Made by a program: the position numbers and the translations under genes
Notes under the pieces: generated by a model
Databases searched by the model: none
The model's input: the letters and a program-made list of their open reading frames with translations, nothing else
Told to the model about the DNA's origin: nothing
Part shown: positions 25,060-35,953 of the stretch, piece by piece
Numbering within the stretch: the first letter of the stretch is position 1
Layout: each line of letters starts with the position of its first letter
Assembly (NCBI GenBank): GCA_045602385.1
Contig: JAZSBL010000025.1
Span: 384 to 64,383 of the forward strand
From: Eubacteriales bacterium
Lineage (GTDB): Bacteria; Bacillota; Clostridia; Oscillospirales; CAG-272
DNA: 64,000 bases
Direction of reading: 5' to 3'

Positions 25060-25990
25060 AATTGTCGCCCTCCCCCAATCTGTTTGCGAAGGTCTCCTCG
25101 GATTCCGCTATGATCAATGCGTGCTCAAGTATTTCTCTTGCGCATCTTTCCTTTTCGGCGCGCTCGGCTTTGCCAAAGCTCGCTCTTCTTTTGCATATTT
25201 CTTCGTAAAAGGGAGAGCGTCTTGCGTAATCCCAAAAATATTCGCCGTATATAACGTCATCGTACTGCCACGGCTTTTTATATAGCGCATAGTGGACTAT
25301 ATTTTGTTCCTCTTCTCTGACGTGAGGCATGGGCTCTCTGTTCCAAGCGCTTGATAAAAGATATATCTTGTCGCGGCAGAGGTAATTAAGATATGCCTGA
25401 TCGGGGTCAAGGAGATCAAAGTCGTATCCCGTTATAAGATCTATGAAGCGCTCCTCTACCCTCTCTCGCCTGAACTCGGCAAGATTCATAAGAAGTATTC
25501 CAGCGTTGACGTAGGTGTCGGGGTCAAGACCGAGCGCGCGTCTTGTATAGATCCTGAACTCACGCGTGCTTCTTATAAAATTCTCCGGCGCGGCGCCCAA
25601 AATATTGTTGCCAATGTCGGTGTTATACAGTTCGGCTATATCGCCCAAAACCACTATGTCGCAATCAAGATAAAGCACCTTGTCGTATTTGGGGAATAGC
25701 GAGGCAATAAAAAGTCTGTAATACGTGACGATAGAAAAATGGTACACGTTCTTAAGCCTTGACTGTATTTTGCCGACGTCCTCGGATATATCAACAAAGT
25801 CTATCTTAAATCCTTCCTTTTCGTTTTGCATGATCTTATCGACGTTTTCATCCCTAAGTCCGGTGTTCAGCACGGTGATACGGTATTTGTATTCCTTTGA
25901 TGCGTTTTCAATAAGAGAGGATATGGCTATATCAAGATACGGTATATAATTGTCATCGGTTGAAAAGAAAATCGGTATTTCCTTGCGCAT
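25040..25990 (-). CDS. glycosyltransferase family 8
   Basis: IPIFFSTDDNYIPYLDIAISSLIENAS...VLYLDCDIVVLGDIAELY (DxD)...NAGILLMN are typical GT8 blocks. Confidence 0.8.
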   Translation of the reverse strand: MRKEIPIFFSTDDNYIPYLDIAISSLIENASKEYKYRITVLNTGLRDENVDKIMQNEKEGFKIDFVDISEDVGKIQSRLKNVYHFSIVTYYRLFIASLFPKYDKVLYLDCDIVVLGDIAELYNTDIGNNILGAAPENFIRSTREFRIYTRRALGLDPDTYVNAGILLMNLAEFRRERVEERFIDLITGYDFDLLDPDQAYLNYLCRDKIYLLSSAWNREPMPHVREEEQNIVHYALYKKPWQYDDVIYGEYFWDYARRSPFYEEICKRRASFGKAERAEKERCAREILEHALIIAESEETFANRLGEGDNYGKKRA

Positions 25991-26026
25991 TATATTTACT
26001 CCTTTGATTGGTTTTGATATACCACG

Positions 26027-26055
26027 ATTATATACGCGCCACAGCTATGAGTCAA
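26027..26055 (-). promoter_or_regulatory. sigma-A-type promoter of the GT8-PlsC-CrtO-like operon
   Basis: Minus strand: TTGACT (26055-26050), 17-nt spacer, TATAAT (26032-26027). Confidence 0.55.
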
Positions 26056-26097
26056 CCTACTCTCGCGCCAACTGTCTCTACTTGGAAAATTCTTGCC

Positions 26098-26136
26098 GTA
26101 GAGTTCGGCGATCGCAACTCTACGAATCGTAGAGTT
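26098..26136. promoter_or_regulatory. three copies of GTAGAGTT (direct, inverted, direct) upstream of the GT8 promoter
   Basis: gtagagtt 26098-26105, aactctac 26116-26123, gtagagtt 26129-26136. They can form two mutually exclusive hairpins and lie 45-85 nt upstream of the -35. Confidence 0.3.
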
Positions 26137-26140
26137 GAAC

Positions 26141-26172
26141 AAAAAAGCCTTGTTTTCCAAGGAAAACAAGGC
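26141..26172 (-). terminator. intrinsic terminator of the XRE-TM gene
   Basis: Perfect 12-bp stem gccttgttttcc (26147-26158) with ggaaaacaaggc (26161-26172), then T6 on the minus strand (26141-26146). Confidence 0.85.
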
Positions 26173-26181
26173 TTTAAATGT

Positions 26182-26784
26182 TTATTTTGACTTTGGTTTT
26201 GTTATAAATGAGCTTATCACGATGGCGATCTGTCCCGCAACGCCCGCAAGGTAAATCAACGCCACGTTTGTTCCAAAATAAAGGAACGTAACGTGTATGA
26301 CCACAAACACCGACCACATAAGCAAGGAAATTATGTAATAATTATGCCTTGTGTTGAACCACAGGGAATTCAAAACAAGCTTGACGATGAAAACAACAGG
26401 CAACGCATATACAAAATATAAGAATTGAAACGTCATCTGTCCCGTTATCAGCGTGGTAAAGATAAAGGCCAGCAGAGCAACTATCCAGGCTCCGCACTCC
26501 GCCACGTAAGCGACCGCCCTTCGATTAAATCCGGGAGCGCCTTCTTCACAGGGCAGCTTCTCGGCCTTATCGTGATCCTCCGTTACCATATAATCAAGCG
26601 TAACACCGAAAAGCTCCGCTATCTCGATAAGCACCGATATATCCGGGGTTGATTCCGCCCTTTCCCACTTTGATATCGTTTTATCCGAATAATTCAGCTT
26701 CTCCGCAAGCTCAAGCTGCGTCATGTTATTCATCACGCGAAGCTCACATATGTTCTTCGCGACTGTATTCTTTATATCTTTCAT
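26182..26784 (-). CDS. membrane-anchored XRE-family HTH protein
   Basis: MKDIKNTVAKNICELRVMNNMTQLELAEKLNYSDKTISKWERAES is the HTH, followed by about 4 TM helices. Start set at ATG 26784. Confidence 0.7.
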   Translation of the reverse strand: MKDIKNTVAKNICELRVMNNMTQLELAEKLNYSDKTISKWERAESTPDISVLIEIAELFGVTLDYMVTEDHDKAEKLPCEEGAPGFNRRAVAYVAECGAWIVALLAFIFTTLITGQMTFQFLYFVYALPVVFIVKLVLNSLWFNTRHNYYIISLLMWSVFVVIHVTFLYFGTNVALIYLAGVAGQIAIVISSFITKPKSK

Positions 26785-26832
26785 TAAATGATCTCCACAA
26801 TTTACGTTAATCGCCGCATGCGGCAACGCTTT

Positions 26833-26861
26833 ATTATACCATAAATTATAATGTTTGTCAA
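26833..26861 (-). promoter_or_regulatory. sigma-A-type promoter of the XRE-TM gene
   Basis: Minus strand: TTGACA (26861-26856), 17-nt spacer, TG-g-TATAAT (-10 at 26838-26833). Confidence 0.55.
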
Positions 26862-26883
26862 CACGGGGGGGATCCACGGGTGC

Positions 26884-26916
26884 AAATCAAAGCGCCCTTC
26901 CCTTCGGTCGGGCGCC
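26884..26916 (-). terminator. possible terminator of mazF
   Basis: GC stem gcgccc (26892-26897) with gggcgc (26910-26915) and a 12-nt loop, followed by tttgattt on the minus strand. Confidence 0.4.
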
Positions 26917-26921
26917 TGTAT

Positions 26922-27377
26922 TCAGCCTAAAAGTCCGTTGTCGTGCTTTGCAACCGCGTGCTCGCTTGCCGCTACCGTTCCACCGCTACGGGTGACCGCC
27001 GCCGCGCCCTCGTAACCCTCAGGCACCACGCCCAATCCAAAGCTTACGGCTATCGCGGAATTGATCCTTGCCATAACGCTCCCCTCAAGATGTCCCATCT
27101 TTTCCTTTAATCTGCGCTTATCAAGTGTTCTGATCTGCTCTAAGAGAACGACAGAATCCTTGGACAATCCGACTCCGTCCGCATGTATATCTATGTGCGT
27201 GGGAAGCCGCGCCTTGCCCATTCTTGATGTTATTGCCGCCGCGATCACCGTGGGGCTATACTTATTCCCTACGTCATTCTGTATTATAAGCACCGGGCGA
27301 AGGCCGCCCTGCTCGCTCCCAACAACCGGACTCAAGTCTGCGTAAAATATATCTCCTCGTTTTATTGTCGGTATCAT
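26922..27377 (-). CDS. mazF: MazF/PemK-family endoribonuclease toxin with a C-terminal extension of about 35 aa
   Basis: [51 protein letters not shown]...[13 protein letters not shown] is the classical MazF/NdoA sequence. Start set at ATG 27377 behind GGAAAGGAAG. The tail [36 protein letters not shown] is extra. Confidence 0.85.
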   Translation of the reverse strand: MIPTIKRGDIFYADLSPVVGSEQGGLRPVLIIQNDVGNKYSPTVIAAAITSRMGKARLPTHIDIHADGVGLSKDSVVLLEQIRTLDKRRLKEKMGHLEGSVMARINSAIAVSFGLGVVPEGYEGAAAVTRSGGTVAASEHAVAKHDNGLLG

Positions 27378-27648
27378 TGCCGCTTCCTTTCCGCGCCGCG
27401 CACCAAAATTCTCTGCTCTTATTCTTGACACGGCGAGCCCCGCTTTAAACATTTCGGGAGAATTATCTTTGCTTTTTTATAAGAGAATCGCTCTGCGATT
27501 TCTCTCATTATTATTCTATGCTTATTCGACAGGCTTTGACAAGCCGACTATTTGCACATTATTTTGTACAAAAAGTGTTTCATTACATGAAAAAAAGTGT
27601 GATATATAACAAAATTTCCACTTTGTCACTTTAATTTGCTAAAATCTA

Positions 27649-27677
27649 TTGACGATTTTCATTCGCAGGACTATAAT
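27649..27677 (+). promoter_or_regulatory. sigma-A-type promoter of serC-serA
   Basis: TTGACG (27649-27654), 17-nt spacer, TATAAT (27672-27677). Confidence 0.6.
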
Positions 27678-27747
27678 AAACGTATATTCGGTTTATGCCA
27701 CAAGAAAAAAACACACTATCCAACCAAGATAGAGAACGGAGAAAACG

Positions 27748-28845
27748 ATGAACAGAGTTTATAACTTTTCCGCAGGTCCCTCCATGCTTCCCGTCCCCGT
27801 GCTTGAGCGCGCCGCGGCAGAAATGCTTTGCTACGGCAATTCCGGCATGTCGGTTATGGAGATGAGCCATCGCTCCCCCGACTACGATGCAATTATTAAA
27901 AAAGCAGATGCCGATCTCCGCGAGATCATGAATATTCCCGACAATTATAAGGTTCTCTTCCTCCAGGGTGGCGCCTCTACACAGTTCGCATCAGTTGCCC
28001 TCAACCTTATCAATCGCGCTCCCTCAAAAAAGGCTCTTTACGCGGTTTCCGGTCAGTTCTCCGGAAAGGCATACAAGGAAGCTGTAAAAATGGGGCTTAA
28101 TGCCAAGTGCATTGCAACCACAAAAGACACAAACTTCGATCAGGTGCCCGTAATTACCAAGGATATGGTAGATCAGGATGCGTCCTATCTCCACATCTGC
28201 TTCAACAACACGATCTACGGCACAAAGTATAGCTACATACCCGATTGCGGAGACGTTCCGCTTGTCGCAGACCTTTCCTCCTGCATTATTTCCGAGCCCA
28301 TAGATGTAACCAAGTTCGGCGTTATCTATGCAGGCGCGCAGAAGAATATGGCTCCCGCGGGTCTTACCCTCGTTATAGTGCGCGAGGACTTGCTCGGTCT
28401 TGCCGATGAGACCATTCCCACTATGCTTGACTGGAAGACTCTCGCAGACAACGATTCAATGTACAACACTCCTCCCTGCTACGCTATCTACATGGCAGGA
28501 CTTGTATACGAGTGGATCAAGGATCTCGGCGGTCTTGAGAAGATGAAGGAAATGAACGAGAAGAAGGCGGCTGTTCTTTACAACTACCTTGATTCTCAGT
28601 CTTACTATATCGCTCCCGTCAAGGAGGAATCCCGTTCTATGATGAACGTGACCTTCGTTACGGGTAACGCCGACCTTGACAAGAAGTTTGCAAGCGAGGC
28701 CGCAAAGGCAGGACTCAAGAACCTCAAGGGGCACAGAAGTGTTGGCGGTATGCGCGCGTCCATCTATAACGCTATGCCTTACGACGGCGTAGTTGCCCTT
28801 GTCGAATTTATGAAGAAATTCGCCCAGGAAAATCCCAAGGATTAA
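27748..28845 (+). CDS. serC: phosphoserine aminotransferase
   Basis: MNRVYNFSAGPSMLPVPVLERAAAEM...GGMRASIYNAMP; 365 aa. Confidence 0.95.
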   Translation: MNRVYNFSAGPSMLPVPVLERAAAEMLCYGNSGMSVMEMSHRSPDYDAIIKKADADLREIMNIPDNYKVLFLQGGASTQFASVALNLINRAPSKKALYAVSGQFSGKAYKEAVKMGLNAKCIATTKDTNFDQVPVITKDMVDQDASYLHICFNNTIYGTKYSYIPDCGDVPLVADLSSCIISEPIDVTKFGVIYAGAQKNMAPAGLTLVIVREDLLGLADETIPTMLDWKTLADNDSMYNTPPCYAIYMAGLVYEWIKDLGGLEKMKEMNEKKAAVLYNYLDSQSYYIAPVKEESRSMMNVTFVTGNADLDKKFASEAAKAGLKNLKGHRSVGGMRASIYNAMPYDGVVALVEFMKKFAQENPKD

Positions 28846-28855
28846 GGTGAAGAAA

Positions 28856-30013
28856 ATGATTAAGAACATTAAGCTTTTAAATAAGATCGCCAAGGTTGGC
28901 ACGGATAAGCTCGACACCAAGTATTTCAACGTGGGAGAGGATGTCGATGCCCCCTACGGAATAATGGTTCGTTCCGCAAACATGCTTGAAATGGATTTTA
29001 ACCCCGAGCTTCGCGCAATCGCGCGCGCAGGCGCCGGCGTTAACAACATTCCGATCGACCGCTGCACAGAGGCCGGAATCGTTGTATTCAACACTCCCGG
29101 AGCAAATGCGAATGCGGTAAAGGAGCTTGTTATCTGCGGACTTATGCTTGCTTCCCGTGACGTTATCGGCGGCGCAAAATGGGCATCCACCCTCACAGAA
29201 GACGTTGCAAAGCAGGTCGAAAAGGGTAAATCAAAATTTGCCGGCGTAGAAGTGCGCGGCAAGACTCTCGGAGTCATCGGACTTGGCGCTATCGGCGGTA
29301 TGGTAGCAAATACGGCTATCCACCTTTCCATGAACGTTGTTGGTTGCGACCCCTACCTCTCGGTTGAGGGCGCATGGAATCTTAACCATCACGTAACCAA
29401 GGCAACTCAGTATGACGATGTCTATGCCGCTGCCGACTATGTTACGCTTCACGTTCCTTCCACCCCCACCACAAAGGGCATGATCAACAAGGAAACCATT
29501 GCGAAAATGAAGGACGGCGTGAGAATATTGAACTTCTCCCGCGCGGACCTTGTTGTTGCCGAAGACCTTAAGGAGGCTCTTGCTTCGGGCAAGGTCGCGG
29601 CATACGTTACCGACTTCCCGACCGAGGAGGTTCTTAACCTTCCCGGAGTGGTCGCCATCCCCCACCTCGGCGCATCCACCGAGGAAAGCGAGGACAACTG
29701 CGCAGTTATGGCCGCTCTTCAGCTTTCCGATTACATGATCAACGGAAACATCACTAACAGTGTAAACTTCCCCGCGATCTCTATGCCCAGGAGCACTGAC
29801 TACCGTCTCTGCATCCTCCACAAAAATCTCCCCAGCATGCTTGCGAAGTTCACGACTCTTTGCTCCGAACAGGGTATCAACATCGAGAACATGACAAGCA
29901 AGGCGCGCGGTGACGTCGCGTTCACCATGCTCGACGTAAACGACATGCCTGCCGCATCTTCTCTTAACGCGCTCAAGGCACTTGATTCGGTAATGCGCGT
30001 CAGAATAATCTAA
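28856..30013 (+). CDS. serA: D-3-phosphoglycerate dehydrogenase
   Basis: NAD-binding motif GKTLGVIGLGAIGGMVA, catalytic region PHLGASTEES, C-terminal ACT-like domain. I prefer ATG 28856 (RBS AAGGTGA); GTG 28847 from the track remains possible. Confidence 0.9.
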   Translation: MIKNIKLLNKIAKVGTDKLDTKYFNVGEDVDAPYGIMVRSANMLEMDFNPELRAIARAGAGVNNIPIDRCTEAGIVVFNTPGANANAVKELVICGLMLASRDVIGGAKWASTLTEDVAKQVEKGKSKFAGVEVRGKTLGVIGLGAIGGMVANTAIHLSMNVVGCDPYLSVEGAWNLNHHVTKATQYDDVYAAADYVTLHVPSTPTTKGMINKETIAKMKDGVRILNFSRADLVVAEDLKEALASGKVAAYVTDFPTEEVLNLPGVVAIPHLGASTEESEDNCAVMAALQLSDYMINGNITNSVNFPAISMPRSTDYRLCILHKNLPSMLAKFTTLCSEQGINIENMTSKARGDVAFTMLDVNDMPAASSLNALKALDSVMRVRII

Positions 30014-30046
30014 AAAAAAGACCGGGAGGTCAATTCCTCTCGTCTG

Positions 30047-30081
30047 CCCCACCGTGGCAATAGTCGCGGTGGGGTCTTTTT
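30047..30081 (+). terminator. intrinsic terminator of serA
   Basis: ccccaccg (30047-30054) pairs with cggtgggg (30067-30074), followed by tcttttt. Confidence 0.75.
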
Positions 30082-30221
30082 GTCTCTTCCCACTTGGTAG
30101 TTTTAATTAAATGTTAAATATTAGTACTTACGGTTAATTTGAAATAAAACGGCTTGACTTTGGCAAATATTAGTATTATAATAAGGTAAAGATACATTTT
30201 ACGACAAAATGCATCCTTCAT

Positions 30222-30836
30222 ATGACGGAGGAAATAATGGCAAAAAGAGAATATTACAAGGTCCGCTCCAAGCTCACACGCGACCAGGTTCTTACAATAC
30301 CGAACATTCTGACCTTCTTCCGGTTGGCTTTGATACCGGTTATCGTCTGGCTTTACGCATTCGCAGGTTGGCGTGAGTGGGCAGTGCTGGTAATTCTTGT
30401 TTCAGGATTTACCGACATATTGGACGGTTTTATAGCGAGAAAATTTAATATGATGAGCGATCTCGGCAAGGCTATAGACCCTCTTGCGGACAAGCTTACA
30501 CAGCTTGCGGTTCTCGCCTGCCTCATAACAGACTTTCCCCTCATTGCCCTGCCCGTTGGCATAATGGTAGTAAAAGAGCTTAGCTCCTTTATTCTCCGCT
30601 TCATTCTGTTCAAGAGGACCGAACAGGTGAGAGGCGCGCACTGGCACGGCAAGCTAAACACCTTGCTCCTGGTGGCGATGATTGTTTTACACATACTCTG
30701 GCTTGACATTCCTGAATTGGTGTCTAACGTAGCCATTCTGACCTGCGCCGCTTCAATGATTTTCTCCTGTACGCTTTACACGATCGAAGTCGTGGGAGAT
30801 CTTATCAAGTCAAAGAACGCATCTGACAGTCAATAA
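30222..30836 (+). CDS. CDP-alcohol phosphatidyltransferase (PgsA-like)
   Basis: Exact D-G-x2-A-R-x8-G-x3-D-x3-D motif in DGFIARKFNMMSDLGKAIDPLAD; multi-TM. ATG 30237 is an alternative start. Confidence 0.8.
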   Translation: MTEEIMAKREYYKVRSKLTRDQVLTIPNILTFFRLALIPVIVWLYAFAGWREWAVLVILVSGFTDILDGFIARKFNMMSDLGKAIDPLADKLTQLAVLACLITDFPLIALPVGIMVVKELSSFILRFILFKRTEQVRGAHWHGKLNTLLLVAMIVLHILWLDIPELVSNVAILTCAASMIFSCTLYTIEVVGDLIKSKNASDSQ

Positions 30837-30837
30837 A

Positions 30838-30885
30838 AAAGAGAGAGAAACAGGACAATGTCCGTTTGTTTCTCTCTTTTTATTA
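30838..30885 (+). terminator. intrinsic terminator
   Basis: Long imperfect hairpin gagagagaaacaggac...gtccgtttgtttctctc followed by ttttt. Confidence 0.6.
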
Positions 30886-30971
30886 TATATAATGCCATAT
30901 TGCGCTTTTGTGTTGACTTTGCCCCCGCCTTTTGCTATAATTGACGTATAAAGACGGAAAGGAGTGAGAAC

Positions 30972-32435
30972 GTGATAAGCTGTAAAAACAAAATTGTCGC
31001 TGCAATTGCCGAATTTCAGACGTCACGCGCGTACCCCGCGATCTTCGCCGCACTGTGTGCGATCTCAGGCTTGTGCGACATGCGTGTATATATTCCTATT
31101 CTTATAATACTCTGCGCCCTCGTTCTCTTCTCTGCGCTCTTCGTCAATGACAACAAGGTCTTGCTTGTGCCGATGCTGATGATATATTACGCGCTTGGAA
31201 CCGATAATAAGGACACCTACGACGCAACAAACGGAGATGTTTTTGCCTCTATTGATCCTACGGCATGGAACGTCATCGTGGTTCTTGCAATAATCGCGGT
31301 GTCCGTTCTGATCGCCAGATTTGCGATCGACGGCACCTTCAAGTCCGCCGCAAGGTCCGCCGGCCGCGCGTTTTGGGGAATTCTTCTTATAGATGCGGCC
31401 CTTCTGACAAACGGTCTGTTCTTTCCCGGATGGACGGTGAATAATCTTTTGTGGGGGCTTTTGCTCGCGTTCTTCCTGACCGCGTTTTATTTGATATTCT
31501 GCTCCGTTATCAAGAGTCATGACGGTCAAATCATCGTTTATGCCTGCAAGATCGCGGTGCTTACATCTTATATTATTTTCGCACAAATGATTTTCAAGAT
31601 AATCAGCGCGCTTGCAACCGATACTCTGGTGTTTTTCAATGAAGCCACCAACAGATGGGTGCTAGACCGAAATCAACTCTCCATGTCATGGGGAATTACA
31701 ACCATAGTGGGCGGCGTTCTTATACTCGGAATCCCCGCCGCCCTGTATCTGGCAAGAAATGAAAAGCGCCCTATTATATATTCCGTTTCCGCAATTCTGT
31801 TTGCCGCAACGCCATTTATAATGAACACACGCTCCTCGATGCTTACCGGAACGATCCTCCTATTTGTTGGCGCAATCGTTGTATGTGTATCGGGAAAAAA
31901 CAAACGTATAAATCTCCTATTCTTCTCATCTCTGCTTGCGACTGTGACATTGGCTATAATAGGTGTGTGTATATATTTAGACAGCACCGGTAGGCTTTCC
32001 TACTATCTGAAGGAATTATGGCTCTTGGCGCGGTTTGACGTCCTTGATGATAGACTGGCTCTCCTTCACATAGGCGAGCAGCACTTCCTGTTGAGCCCGG
32101 CCTTTGGTGTAGGTCTGCTTGAAGGGGCTGCACCCGAAGGATTGGCGTTCGACAACGTCTTTGCGAACATGTACCACAACATAGTCGTTCAGTTTGCTTC
32201 ATCCATGGGATGTGTGGGGATTGTCGCATTTATATTCCACTTAAAGGACTTCTTTGCGGTTGGATTAAAGAAACCGCGCTCGGGAAGAATTCTGCTTTTG
32301 CTTATACCTGCGGCAATAATTCTTATTTCGCTTGCGGATAACTTTTTCTTCTATCCCAACTTCATGATATTCTACGCCGCGTTCTGGGCATTGGCAGAAA
32401 AGGATGCGGATATAACCAAAGAACGGTTTAGCTAA
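30972..32435 (+). CDS. O-antigen ligase/polymerase-like polytopic membrane protein
   Basis: About 12 TM helices and a late loop RLALLHIGEQHFLLSPAFGVGLLEG reminiscent of the Wzy_C/O-antigen ligase family. GTG start as in the track. Confidence 0.5.
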   Translation: MISCKNKIVAAIAEFQTSRAYPAIFAALCAISGLCDMRVYIPILIILCALVLFSALFVNDNKVLLVPMLMIYYALGTDNKDTYDATNGDVFASIDPTAWNVIVVLAIIAVSVLIARFAIDGTFKSAARSAGRAFWGILLIDAALLTNGLFFPGWTVNNLLWGLLLAFFLTAFYLIFCSVIKSHDGQIIVYACKIAVLTSYIIFAQMIFKIISALATDTLVFFNEATNRWVLDRNQLSMSWGITTIVGGVLILGIPAALYLARNEKRPIIYSVSAILFAATPFIMNTRSSMLTGTILLFVGAIVVCVSGKNKRINLLFFSSLLATVTLAIIGVCIYLDSTGRLSYYLKELWLLARFDVLDDRLALLHIGEQHFLLSPAFGVGLLEGAAPEGLAFDNVFANMYHNIVVQFASSMGCVGIVAFIFHLKDFFAVGLKKPRSGRILLLLIPAAIILISLADNFFFYPNFMIFYAAFWALAEKDADITKERFS

Positions 32436-32448
32436 GCTAAACCGTTCT

Positions 32449-33618
32449 TTATTTTAATCCAACGTCCTTCATAAGAGTCTTTAATGCTCTGAATTCCCTG
32501 TCGGATAAATTGTGTGTCGCCTTGATCTCCTTTGCCGCGCTTCTTGCCCTGCCCGGAGATATCAGCTTAAACCACCTTGCGATCTGGCAAAACGGTAAAA
32601 GCCACTTGTGTTTTTTTAGTATTGGGTAAGAATACTTTATGCTGTCGTATGGCATGAATACTCGGCTGAGTATATATCCTCTGCCGCCGCCCGCCTTTTC
32701 CTTGGCAAGCAATATCGCGTTTGACTTGGAGCCATACGCGCCGCACCGCAGAACAAACACCTCTACCCTCTTGCCAAGTGAGCCAAGCTCTCCCGAGCCA
32801 AACCAAAAGGATGAAAGCTCCCTCGCCACGCATTCAAAGACCTCAAGTCCTCCGCGGCGCAAAAGCTCAACTCTCTTTTTCTCGTTGCCGTCCTCTCGGC
32901 ACAGCAAGCAGAGATCGAGGAATGGTCGCACACCTATTCCGCCGTCCTCAAAATGCTTGGCGGTGTGCGCTACGTGATAGAAATAGAACATCTCGTCGTA
33001 AAGCAGCTTGTGGTGCTTCTTGCCCTGCGCGTTTTCGGTATAGGACCGGACGTCCAGCGCAACTGCGCGCGAGCTTTCCGCGCGATCCTCCTCCAAAAGG
33101 TCATAATGCAGCTCTATATGAACCTTGCCGGGGGCGTCAAAGGATACGTCGTGCAGGCTCTCCTTGGCCTTTTTGTAACCAAGCAAGCATACCATGCACT
33201 CCTCTGCGCGCGCAAGGTCTTCTTTTTTTACAAGAATATCAATATCGCAGCTTGTCCTCATCCACGGCTCCGGGTAAAGCCCTCTCATCACCGCGCCCTT
33301 GAGCGGAATAAAATCTATTTCCGAATTTTCGAATGCGTCACAGATACGCGCAAGCTCAAAGTCCTGCCTCTCCTGACGTATAAGGGCGGTAAACTGCTCT
33401 GCCTCAAACAAGGCAAAGCTTGGGTCTTCCTCTCCTATAAGATTGTTTTTGACAAGCACGTGGCCGACAAGATGCGCCATGTCGTTGCGCTTGGCATATT
33501 TATATATCTCGTCAAGGCTTGTCTTTATCTTCTCTCGCTCGTCGGATGTTATGCTTGCGCTTGCGCCGAGCTCGGCGGCAAGGAGCCTAAACACCGCGCG
33601 AATGGTCGATATCGTCAT
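32449..33618 (-). CDS. uncharacterised nucleotidyltransferase family protein (PF14907-like), paralog 1
   Basis: IDFIPLKGAVMRGLYPEPWMRTSCDIDILV and HIELHYDL. It is similar to 38373..39554 (VDYMRLKGSVIKRLYPCSEMRLLGDADVLI). Confidence 0.65.
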   Translation of the reverse strand: MTISTIRAVFRLLAAELGASASITSDEREKIKTSLDEIYKYAKRNDMAHLVGHVLVKNNLIGEEDPSFALFEAEQFTALIRQERQDFELARICDAFENSEIDFIPLKGAVMRGLYPEPWMRTSCDIDILVKKEDLARAEECMVCLLGYKKAKESLHDVSFDAPGKVHIELHYDLLEEDRAESSRAVALDVRSYTENAQGKKHHKLLYDEMFYFYHVAHTAKHFEDGGIGVRPFLDLCLLCREDGNEKKRVELLRRGGLEVFECVARELSSFWFGSGELGSLGKRVEVFVLRCGAYGSKSNAILLAKEKAGGGRGYILSRVFMPYDSIKYSYPILKKHKWLLPFCQIARWFKLISPGRARSAAKEIKATHNLSDREFRALKTLMKDVGLK

Positions 33619-33647
33619 CCTGTCGCCTCCTCTTTCGCGTTTTTTGT

Positions 33648-34815
33648 TTAGAATTTTCTCCAGACCATCTTGTTTACTACGCCGACGTAGGACTGAATGA
33701 TCTTAACTACCTTTGTAGATACGTTCTCCTCGACATAATCGGGGACGGGAATACCGTAGTCGCCGTTTCTATTCATCTCAACGGCTGTTTCAACCGACTG
33801 CAAAAGTCCGACCTCGTCAATGCCCGAAAGAATGAAGCAGGCCTTATCGAGCGCCTCGGGGCGCTCTGTGCTTGTACGGATGCAGATCGCCGGGAAGGGC
33901 TTGCCTATTGAGGTAAAGAAGCTCGATTCCTCGGGGAGCGTTCCGCTGTCCGATACGACCGCAAAGGCATTCATCTGCAAACAGTTGTAGTCGTGGAATC
34001 CGAGAGGCTCGTGCTGAATCACTCTCTTGTCAAGCTTAAATCCGCTTGCGGCAAGACGGTTGCGGCTTCTGGGGTGGCAGGAATAAAGAATGGGCATATC
34101 GTACTTCTCTGCCATCTTATTTATTGCAGTGAAAAGACTGTTGAAGTTCTTTTCGGTGTCGATATTTTCCTCTCTGTGGGCAGACAAAAGAATGTATTTG
34201 CCCTTTTCAAGTCCAAGACGCGCATGAATGTCCGATGCCTCGATCTCGGAAAGGTTGTTTTTGAGAACCTCTGCCATGGGAGAGCCTGTTACGTAAACTC
34301 TCTCCTTGGGGAGTCCGCACTCGTGGAGATACTTGCGAGCATGTTCTGAATATGCGAGGTTGACGTCGGAAATAATATCAACGATGCGGCGGTTGGTCTC
34401 CTCGGGAAGGCACTCGTCCTTACACCTGTTGCCCGCCTCCATGTGAAAGATCGGAATATGCAATCTCTTTGCACCGATCACGGACAAGCAAGAGTTGGTG
34501 TCACCAAGTACAAGCACCGCGTCGGGCTTAAGCTCCGCCATAAGCTTGTACGACTTTGCGATGATATTACCGCAGGTCTCGCCAAGATCCGCACCGACCG
34601 CATCAAGATACGCCTCGGGAGCGTCAAGCTTGAGATCCTTGAAGAACACTCCGTTGAGGTTATAGTCGTAGTTCTGTCCCGTGTGAACGAGAACCGTGTC
34701 AAAGTATGTACGGCACTTGTTTATTACCGCCGCAAGACGAATTATCTCGGGGCGTGTGCCGACGATTATCATAAGCTTTAATTTTCCGTTGTTCTTAAAC
34801 ATCGCATTCGAATTG

Positions 34816-34823
<8 letters not shown>
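33648..34823 (-). CDS. fnlC: UDP-N-acetylglucosamine 2-epimerase, FnlC/CapG type
   Basis: KLMIIVGTRPEIIRLA...VLVLGDTNS...ILLSAHREEN. It is in the same locus as fnlA and fnlB. ATG 34802 (MFKNNG) is an alternative start. Confidence 0.8.
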
Positions 34824-35880
<1,057 letters not shown>

Positions 35881-35911
35881 ATGTCAATACCCTTCCGCAA
35901 ATATATCAAAA

Positions 35912-35953
35912 ATTATTCCACAATTTCAAAAAAAGTATCCGGCTTGTTCGGGT
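35912..35953 (-). repeat. duplicated copy of the fnlB 3' end (direct repeat partner of 37171-37212)
   Basis: 37 of 42 nt are identical at a constant offset of 1259 nt. It would encode ..PNKPDTFFEIVE*, compared with the genuine fnlB end ..DPNKPDTFFEAVE*. Confidence 0.85.

Noticed and set aside
26182-27377. The XRE-TM protein as a downstream (reverse-order) antitoxin for MazF
   Set aside because: A 137-nt gap with a hairpin and a perfect TTGACA-17-TATAAT promoter separates the two genes. The XRE protein also has a four-helix membrane domain untypical of antitoxins.
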